From Methylophilales phage Melnitz-1 EXVC043M, in sequence record MZ577095.1: a stretch of 32,000 nucleotides of DNA; one strand, written 5' to 3'. The notes below the pieces were generated by a model, which did no database searches, had not been told where the DNA came from, and saw nothing but the letters and a program-made list of their open reading frames with translations. The translations under genes were made by a program, and so were the position numbers. Shown here in pieces: positions 25,802 through 32,000 of the stretch (its first letter is position 1; each line of letters opens with the position of its first letter).

Positions 25802-27625
25802 ATGGCCCTTGAGAACGTAGTAACATTCCCAAGTGCCGAGGGTACAACTGGTCTTGACCACCTCGGCATCCAAATAGACAGAACAAGAGACAAAGATTTA
25901 TCAGAACAAGCATACAAACTACTCAAGGATTATTATTGTAAAGATGGAGAACAATCACCCCAAGAAGCATACGCAAGAGCAGCAGTTGCTTATTGTCAAG
26001 GTGACTTAGAACTTGCACAAAGAATTTATGATGCAGTATCTAAAGGTTGGTTCATGTTTGCATCGCCAGTATTATCAAACGCACCCAAGCCAGGCAAGAA
26101 AGCAAAGGCACTTCCTATTTCGTGCTTTCTAACTTATGTACCAGATTCACTTGAAGGACTAATCGACCATACTGCTGAGTTGCGTTGGTTATCAGTCAAA
26201 GGTGGTGGTGTTGGTGGACACTGGAATGATGTTCGTGCAATCTCTGATAAAGCACCAGGCCCTATGCCTTTTCTTCATACAGTTGATGCAGATATGACTG
26301 CGTACCGTCAAGGTAGAACTCGTAAAGGTTCTTATGCGGCATACATGGATGTATCACACCCAGATTTAATTGAATTCTTAAACATGCGTGTACCAACAGG
26401 TGACGTAAACAGAAAGAACCTTAATCTACATCATGCAATCAATATCACAGATGATTTTATGAGAGCAGTAGAACGAGGTGAGATGTGGGATTTAAAAGAC
26501 CCTAATGATGCAACTGTTAGAGAAACACTGCCTGCAAGAACTTTGTGGCAACAAATTCTAGAAGTAAGATATCGTACAGGTGAACCTTATCTTAATTTTA
26601 TTGACACTGCGAATAGAGCATTACCACATACTATGAAAGCAAAAGGATTAAAGATACACGGTTCAAATCTATGTAACGAAATCCATCTTCCAACCTCAGA
26701 AGATAGAACTGCTGTTTGTTGTTTATCTTCATTAAACTTGGAGAAATATGATGAATGGAAAGAAACTTCTTTGGTTCGTGATCTTATACGTTTCTTGGAC
26801 AATGTATTACAATTCTTCATTGATAACGCAGGCGATGAAATATCAAGAGCAAGATATTCCGCTACACAGGAACGTAGTTTGGGATTAGGTGCAATGGGGT
26901 GGCATTCACTGTTACACCAAAAAAGAATTGCATTTGATTCACACGAAGCAAGAGAACTTAATTGGGATGTTTTCAGAACAATTAAAGAACAAGCAAAAGA
27001 AGAAACATTACAACTAGGACTTGAACGTGGTGAAGCACCAGATATGCAAGGTACAGGTAGACGTAATGCACATCTACTTGCAATTGCACCAAACGCTAAT
27101 AGTTCTATTATTGTTTCTACTTCACCATCTATTGAACCATCAAAAGCAAATGCATATACACATCGTACTCGTGCTGGTTCACATTTAGTGAAGAATAAAT
27201 ATCTGGAACAAGAACTAAAGAAAGTAAAGAAAAATACTCAAGATGTTTGGTCAGATATTATCACTAATGGCGGTTCAGTTCAACACCTCGACTTCCTATC
27301 AGAGAAAGTTAAAGAGGTATTCAAAACTGCAATCGAACTTGACCAAAATGTTCTGGTGGAACAAGCCGCAGACAGACAAGAGTTCTTGTGTCAAGGACAA
27401 TCACTAAATCTATTTTTCCCTGCTGGTGCAGATAAGAAAGAACTACATAAAGCACATTTCGCTGCATGGAAGTTGGGAACTAAAGGTCTATATTATCTAA
27501 GAACAGAAACATCACAACGTGCAGAAAACGTATCCCAAAAGGTTGCTCGTGATGCACTAAAAGATTTTGAATCTCAAGCCGTAGAGGCACAATCACAAGA
27601 GGAGTGTGTAGCATGTCAAGGGTAG
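25802..27625 (+). CDS. nrdA: Ribonucleotide reductase large subunit, class I
   Basis: SNLCNEIHLPT, CCLSSLNLEKY, APNANSSIIVSTSPSIEPSKAN, C-terminal ECVACQG. Confidence 0.96.
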   Translation: MALENVVTFPSAEGTTGLDHLGIQIDRTRDKDLSEQAYKLLKDYYCKDGEQSPQEAYARAAVAYCQGDLELAQRIYDAVSKGWFMFASPVLSNAPKPGKKAKALPISCFLTYVPDSLEGLIDHTAELRWLSVKGGGVGGHWNDVRAISDKAPGPMPFLHTVDADMTAYRQGRTRKGSYAAYMDVSHPDLIEFLNMRVPTGDVNRKNLNLHHAINITDDFMRAVERGEMWDLKDPNDATVRETLPARTLWQQILEVRYRTGEPYLNFIDTANRALPHTMKAKGLKIHGSNLCNEIHLPTSEDRTAVCCLSSLNLEKYDEWKETSLVRDLIRFLDNVLQFFIDNAGDEISRARYSATQERSLGLGAMGWHSLLHQKRIAFDSHEARELNWDVFRTIKEQAKEETLQLGLERGEAPDMQGTGRRNAHLLAIAPNANSSIIVSTSPSIEPSKANAYTHRTRAGSHLVKNKYLEQELKKVKKNTQDVWSDIITNGGSVQHLDFLSEKVKEVFKTAIELDQNVLVEQAADRQEFLCQGQSLNLFFPAGADKKELHKAHFAAWKLGTKGLYYLRTETSQRAENVSQKVARDALKDFESQAVEAQSQEECVACQG

Positions 27626-27828
27626 ATGAATATATAAAAGTTCGTGTCGGACAATTAAAAGAGGACATGGAGAAAGCATCAGATGAAATGGACAAAGCAT
27701 GGTACAATCGTCTGATTCAAGAATTGGATTGGGTTGAACAAATGAATACAAAACCCACACACAATTGTTATATGGAGAAACCATATAATGTTACGATAAC
27801 AAGTTATAATGGTAGGAGCATAAGTTAA
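27613..27828 (+). CDS. Small hypothetical protein between nrdA and nrdB (71 aa)
   Basis: ATG 27613 overlaps nrdA end; abuts nrdB start. Confidence 0.55.
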   Translation: MSRVDEYIKVRVGQLKEDMEKASDEMDKAWYNRLIQELDWVEQMNTKPTHNCYMEKPYNVTITSYNGRSIS

Positions 27829-29036
27829 TGAATGTAGAAATTTATAGTAAGTCAAATTGTCCGTTTTGTGACAAAGCAAAACACTGGTTTAAATCTCATG
27901 GGTATGAGTATACAGAACATCGTATGGATAACGAAGAAGAAAGACTTGCCTTCTATCAAAGAGTTCCTAATGCTCGTTCAGTACCACAAATCTTTATTGA
28001 TGATAAACTGATTGGTACTTACGATGACTTTATGAAAGTTTCAGAGACATTCGTAAAGAAAAAAGGTGGTGGACTTATGGAGTTTTCTGAAACCTATAAA
28101 CCATTCCATTATCCATGGGCAGTAGAAATTACAACAAGACATGAGAAGGTTCACTGGATTGAAGATGAACTTGATTTGTCTGAAGATGTTGCTGATTGGA
28201 AATCTGGTAAGACTTCTGTTATTGAAAGAGAATACATTACAAACATCCTAAGACTATTCACACAGTCAGATGTAGCAGTAGGACAGAATTACTTTGACCA
28301 ATTTATACCTAAATTTAAGAATAATGAAGTACGCAATATGCTTGGTTCATTTGCATCTCGTGAAGGTATCCACCAACGTGCATATGCACTTCTTAATGAG
28401 ACACTTGGGTTATCTGATGCCGAGTATCATGCCTTCCTAGAATATCAAGAGATGGCAGACAAGATTGAGTTTATGATGGATAGTGACCCTAACACAGTTC
28501 GTGGATTGGGACTATCACTTGCAAAATCTGTTATGAATGAAGGTGTGGCACTATTTGCATCATTCGTGATGTTGTTGAACTTCCAGCGTTTCGGTAAGAT
28601 GAAAGGTATGGGTAAAGTTGTTGAGTGGAGTATTCGTGACGAATCAATTCACGTTGAGGGTATTGCAAAACTATTCAAAGCATACTGTGGTGAACATCCT
28701 CGTATTGTAGACGATGAATTCAAATCTGCAATTTATGAGATGGCAAGACAAGCAGTTAAACTTGAAGATAAGTTTGTTGACCTTGCATATAAGTTAGGAG
28801 AAATTGAAGGACTAGAACAGTCTGAAGTAAAGACATATATAAGGTATATCACTGATAGAAGATTGCTTCAATTGGGGATGAAACCTAACTTCAAAGTGAA
28901 GGACAATCCCTTACCTTGGTTAGAGTGGGTACTTAACGGTGCAGACCACACTAACTTCTTTGAGAACAGAGTAACTGAATATGAGGTTGCTGGACTTACA
29001 GGTAAGTGGGACGATGTTTACGAACAAGTAGCTTAA
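27828..29036 (+). CDS. nrdB: Glutaredoxin–ribonucleotide reductase small subunit fusion
   Basis: N-terminal Grx (SKSNCPFCDKAKHWF … RSVPQIFIDDKLIGTYDD) then NrdB core (EREYITNILRLFTQSD, FMMLLNFQRF…EWSIRDESIHVEG). Confidence 0.95.
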   Translation: MNVEIYSKSNCPFCDKAKHWFKSHGYEYTEHRMDNEEERLAFYQRVPNARSVPQIFIDDKLIGTYDDFMKVSETFVKKKGGGLMEFSETYKPFHYPWAVEITTRHEKVHWIEDELDLSEDVADWKSGKTSVIEREYITNILRLFTQSDVAVGQNYFDQFIPKFKNNEVRNMLGSFASREGIHQRAYALLNETLGLSDAEYHAFLEYQEMADKIEFMMDSDPNTVRGLGLSLAKSVMNEGVALFASFVMLLNFQRFGKMKGMGKVVEWSIRDESIHVEGIAKLFKAYCGEHPRIVDDEFKSAIYEMARQAVKLEDKFVDLAYKLGEIEGLEQSEVKTYIRYITDRRLLQLGMKPNFKVKDNPLPWLEWVLNGADHTNFFENRVTEYEVAGLTGKWDDVYEQVA

Positions 29037-29194
29037 TGATTAAAATAATTACATGCGAAGGCTGTGATGCAGTCTTTAAAATACAACATGACATGGAAGA
29101 GAGATTCTATCCAGTTGCTCATTGTCCCTTTTGTGGGGATAGTCTAAATATAGATAACGAAGATGATATCGAAGAGTTTGACGAAGATGAGTAG
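29036..29194 (+). CDS. Small zinc-ribbon-like protein (52 aa), ATG 29036
   Basis: CEGCD…HCPFCG pair; TAATG overlap with nrdB stop. Confidence 0.65.
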   Translation: MIKIITCEGCDAVFKIQHDMEERFYPVAHCPFCGDSLNIDNEDDIEEFDEDE

Positions 29195-29196
29195 TT

Positions 29197-29637
29197 ATGT
29201 GGACATACAAAGGTAAAGAAGTTGACGAGCTCCCACAGGATTGTGAGGGGTTCGTTTATATTATAACAAACCTAACAAATAATAAAAAATATATTGGTAA
29301 GAAACTAGCACGTTTCAAAGTTACCAAGCCTCCCCTAAAAGGTCGGAAGAACAAAAGACGTTCAACGAAAGAGAGCGATTGGAAAACCTATTGGGGTTCT
29401 TCCGACCACCTTAATGCTGATGTTAAAGAATTTGGTGAAGATAATTTCACACGAGAGATTCTACACTACTGTCAAAGTAGAGGCATGCTCAGTTACCTAG
29501 AAGCAAAAGAACAGTTCGACAGAGAAGTCTTAATGACTGATGAATACTACAACGGAATAATAAACGTCAGAGTTGGTTCATCAAAAGTTCTCAAAGAAGA
29601 GCTATGCAAATTTGTTACGATGGGTATGCAAAAATAA
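29197..29637 (+). CDS. GIY-YIG family nuclease-like protein
   Basis: GFVYIITNLTNNKKYIGKK … WGSSDHLNADVKEFGEDNFTREIL … EAKEQFD. Confidence 0.85.
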   Translation: MWTYKGKEVDELPQDCEGFVYIITNLTNNKKYIGKKLARFKVTKPPLKGRKNKRRSTKESDWKTYWGSSDHLNADVKEFGEDNFTREILHYCQSRGMLSYLEAKEQFDREVLMTDEYYNGIINVRVGSSKVLKEELCKFVTMGMQK

Positions 29638-29672
29638 TTCCACTAAAAGTGTCATAGCAACTGCCATAGTTG

Positions 29673-29680
29673 TATAAATA
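29673..29680 (+). promoter_or_regulatory. T4-like late promoter octamer TATAAATA
   Basis: Exact match in the intergenic gap before 29786. Confidence 0.85.
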
Positions 29681-29785
29681 AGTGCGAATAACCCCCCCAT
29701 AGGAGTGTTTCATTATCTGCCTGAGATTGGTGAGCATTTTTTTGAGCGTGTTATTCATTAACCAAAACAAAGTAGGAGAATGAAA

Positions 29786-29944
29786 ATGGGTAAATGGTTT
29801 GCGAAATTATTTCCACACCAACCAAATCCAGTTGACATTGTACGCTTTATTAGAACAGAATATGCGAATGAAGTCAAGCATCTCAGAGATGACGATGTTA
29901 TTGCATTTTATAACCATGTTATGTCGAAAAAAAGGAGAGCGTAG
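29786..29944 (+). CDS. Small hypothetical protein (52 aa; absent from supplied ORF list)
   Basis: MGKWFAKLFPHQPNPVDIVRFIRTEYANEVKHLRDDDVIAFYNHVMSKKRRA*; RBS AGGAGA. Confidence 0.65.
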   Translation: MGKWFAKLFPHQPNPVDIVRFIRTEYANEVKHLRDDDVIAFYNHVMSKKRRA

Positions 29945-30154
29945 ATGTCTATAGGATTAGTGTTAAAACACACTTATCAAGAAACTTGTGAAATCTGTGA
30001 TAAGATTGCACATTATGTAAGCAAGGTATGGGACGGTATTGTTGCACATGCTGAGATAGTTGGAACTGCAAGAGCAGCTGCTGAATTATCTCGTCAAGGA
30101 TATCATAAGGAAGCAAAAGTCCTTATGTTAGAATTAGATAGGATGAAAAAATAA
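29945..30154 (+). CDS. Small CxxC-containing, weakly DUF1127-like protein (69 aa)
   Basis: TYQETCEICDKI … ARAAAELSRQGYHKEAKVLMLEL. Confidence 0.55.
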   Translation: MSIGLVLKHTYQETCEICDKIAHYVSKVWDGIVAHAEIVGTARAAAELSRQGYHKEAKVLMLELDRMKK

Positions 30155-30372
30155 TGACCGTACTTACACAAACTTACTGTGCTTTCTGTGATATTGTTTC
30201 TGATTTGTATAAAAACTTCAGAAATGTTATCACACCAAAGATAGACAAAAAAATCTACAGAGAACTTGCCAGTCTTACTGACAGGGAATTAAATGATATG
30301 GGTATATGCCGTGGTGATATTACAAGTATTGCAATGGGTAAACATGTACCAAGAGATGGGTGGACAAAATAA
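30154..30372 (+). CDS. DUF1127-like small protein (72 aa)
   Basis: YRELASLTDRELNDMGICRGDITSIA matches the DUF1127 core pattern. Confidence 0.7.
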   Translation: MTVLTQTYCAFCDIVSDLYKNFRNVITPKIDKKIYRELASLTDRELNDMGICRGDITSIAMGKHVPRDGWTK

Positions 30373-30401
30373 ACCAATAAACTATTAAATTATTTTTTAA
30401 G

Positions 30402-30427
30402 TCCCTGTTTTTACAGGGATTTTTTTT
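30402..30427 (+). terminator. Intrinsic terminator
   Basis: TCCCTGT-TTTT-ACAGGGA perfect 7-bp stem followed by T tract. Confidence 0.9.
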
Positions 30428-30449
30428 GGCCTTTTTTTAGCGAATTGCC

Positions 30450-30478
30450 TTGACTTTGTTGTTAAAACAAGTTATAGT
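30450..30478 (+). promoter_or_regulatory. sigma70-type promoter TTGACT-17-TATAGT
   Basis: 30450-30455 and 30473-30478, immediately after the terminator. Confidence 0.8.
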
Positions 30479-30511
30479 ATATGTATAGTCAATGAGAGAG
30501 GAACTTTAATT

Positions 30512-30778
30512 ATGACAAACAAAACAATTTTTATCAGTGCGAACAACGGTGGACTTGAGATTTACAAGGGTGCTGGAAACTTGATTGCTGGAAACATCAA
30601 GACTGCAAAGACTTTCAAATATGTGATGGATACCCATCATATTGATGTTGACAATGATACCATCTACTACACAAGTAGTATGGACTTTGCAGACGAAGAA
30701 GGGTTTGCCCATTATGGTGATGCAAAGATACTTGCAGAAGAAGGTTTCAAGTTGATGGAAATGACAAAGGCGTATTAG
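30512..30778 (+). CDS. Hypothetical small early protein (88 aa)
   Basis: ORF behind promoter and Shine-Dalgarno-like AGAGGAAC. Confidence 0.55.
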   Translation: MTNKTIFISANNGGLEIYKGAGNLIAGNIKTAKTFKYVMDTHHIDVDNDTIYYTSSMDFADEEGFAHYGDAKILAEEGFKLMEMTKAY

Positions 30779-30779
30779 A

Positions 30780-30977
30780 ATGAATCAGTTAACTGCACTA
30801 CAGAATCAATATGTTTATTTTACAGATATGTTGAAATCTATCGAAAAGATTAAAAAGAAAACGCCTGGCAATGGATTTGCAAAAATGAAATGCAAAGAAA
30901 AGATTGCAGAATTAGAGGCAATCTTTGACGAAATTGATATAAATTTAGATGAAATTGAAGCAGAAGAGTGGGATTAG
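30780..30977 (+). CDS. Hypothetical small protein (65 aa)
   Basis: ORF adjacent to preceding gene. Confidence 0.45.
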   Translation: MNQLTALQNQYVYFTDMLKSIEKIKKKTPGNGFAKMKCKEKIAELEAIFDEIDINLDEIEAEEWD

Positions 30978-31024
30978 GGTGCGACAATCTGTCAAAATAA
31001 TGCAAAAAAAGATGCATTTAGGCC

Positions 31025-31053
31025 TTGACTTTTGTTCTTAAAACATGTATAAT
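31025..31053 (+). promoter_or_regulatory. sigma70-type promoter TTGACT-17-TATAAT
   Basis: 31025-31030 and 31048-31053, intergenic. Confidence 0.85.
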
Positions 31054-31087
31054 ATACTTATAAACAATGAAAAAGGACGTTAAAAAT

Positions 31088-31339
31088 ATGATTAATAATG
31101 ATAAAGTTGAAGTGATAGTTTCTGATTTGGTAGACTTTTGTGCTTATGTAGAGTCTTTCTACGGTAATGTTCCCAATGCGATTTATCCCATTGGTGCGAG
31201 TCCTAAAATGATTATTGCTGCAACTAGTAAGTACATCAAATCCCTAAACGACAAAGTTACATGGGGTGGTGGAGACAGTCTCGACAGAGAAAGAGTTAGA
31301 GACATTTTGATTGAAGATAATAACTTGGAGTGGAAATAA
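31088..31339 (+). CDS. Hypothetical protein; ATG 31088 with AAGGAC upstream preferred over ATG 31067
   Basis: ORF 31067-31339. Confidence 0.5.
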   Translation: MINNDKVEVIVSDLVDFCAYVESFYGNVPNAIYPIGASPKMIIAATSKYIKSLNDKVTWGGGDSLDRERVRDILIEDNNLEWK

Positions 31340-31545
31340 TTATGGATACAGTTGGTAGAAAATTTGAGGTTCATTCGTTCAATGAAAAACTTGGTGAGAT
31401 GGGTTCACAAATCGCAGAAATCATTGGACACTGTTGTGGCCCTGATGGTGGTGAAGATATATTAATAATCGACTATGAGAATAAAGATTGGGAAGTAAGT
31501 TTACCATTCAGTTCTTTTGTCAAATCAATCATAAAGGAGATATAA
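31330..31545 (+). CDS. Hypothetical protein (71 aa)
   Basis: Overlaps preceding ORF; ends just before the 31547 gene. Confidence 0.45.
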   Translation: MEIIMDTVGRKFEVHSFNEKLGEMGSQIAEIIGHCCGPDGGEDILIIDYENKDWEVSLPFSSFVKSIIKEI

Positions 31546-31546
31546 T

Positions 31547-31879
31547 ATGGGTTTACATATTAACGTATATAAGAGCAATCTAGGTGATTGCACAAATGGT
31601 GGGGTGTCTGCAAATTGTAAAGGACTTTGCATTTCAAATGTGAGTGGGCCTTTCAATCCTAGTGAAGAATATCCCGAAGCACAATTAGTTTCAAGGAATG
31701 TTATGGGCAGAACAATTGTCAATATCGTTCCAGTGAAAGAAATCGAAAAGGGTTCATGGACTATGTTCGGTGGAAACTACGGTGCAACTTCTGATTCAAG
31801 GTTCAGTGAAAAAGTTGAAGAAATGATGGGTTCATCATTTTATGGTGCTGTTCCAATTCACGATAGAGTAGAGGGATAA
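31547..31879 (+). CDS. Conserved T4-like phage hypothetical protein (110 aa)
   Basis: ORF with AAAGGAG RBS. Confidence 0.55.
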   Translation: MGLHINVYKSNLGDCTNGGVSANCKGLCISNVSGPFNPSEEYPEAQLVSRNVMGRTIVNIVPVKEIEKGSWTMFGGNYGATSDSRFSEKVEEMMGSSFYGAVPIHDRVEG

Positions 31880-31880
31880 T

Positions 31881-32000
31881 ATGACACAACAAGAACTGTT
31901 TACAAATTCATGGGGTCTTAATTCTGGTTTTGAGAAACTTAATGAGGCATTGTCTGAATTAGTTCCCTTACAAGGGAAATGTGACTTTCCACGTTCTAAG
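31881..32000 (+). CDS. 5' fragment of hypothetical protein truncated by window end
   Basis: MTQQELFTNSWGLNSGFEKLNEALSELVPLQGKCDFPRSK…. Confidence 0.5.
   Translation, partial: MTQQELFTNSWGLNSGFEKLNEALSELVPLQGKCDFPRSK

Noticed and set aside
27194-27201. AATAAATA resembling a late promoter
   Set aside because: Inside the nrdA coding region far from any late-type gene start; likely chance in AT-rich DNA.
1-32000. tRNA genes, CRISPR arrays, transposons or long direct repeats
   Set aside because: No cloverleaf, regularly spaced repeats or transposase-like ORF recognised by eye; a tRNAscan-SE or repeat-finder run would be needed to exclude them formally.

Overview
The window is a continuous + strand, AT-rich segment of a marine T4-like myovirus genome (cyanomyovirus/pelagimyovirus-like gene content). 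Identifiable replication and nucleotide genes are gp43 DNA polymerase, a MazG-like pyrophosphohydrolase, UvsX, gp41 helicase, gp61 primase, NrdA and a glutaredoxin-NrdB fusion. Two segments merit the closest look. (1) A putative DNA-cytosine modification cassette just after gene 43 (2758-6838): C5-cytosine methyltransferase, TET/JBP-like 2OG-Fe(II) dioxygenase, an uncharacterised 427-aa protein with a GIY-YIG-like N-terminus, and a P-loop kinase. (2) A late virion cassette (about 10951-18537) whose proteins repeatedly start with a short T4-internal-protein-like capsid-targeting leader (M-x-x-F-x-x-(F/Y/I)-(L/I)-x-E). It includes a protein with ligase-type covalent nucleotidyltransferase motifs, an NMNAT/cytidylyltransferase-like enzyme and a HAD-like phosphatase, suggesting enzymes packaged in the head and injected. 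Eight sigma70-type promoters with exactly 17-nt spacers, three T4-like late promoter octamers and one strong terminator were read directly from the sequence. No tRNA, CRISPR array or transposon was recognised. All product calls come from motif and family recognition by eye; no database search was run.
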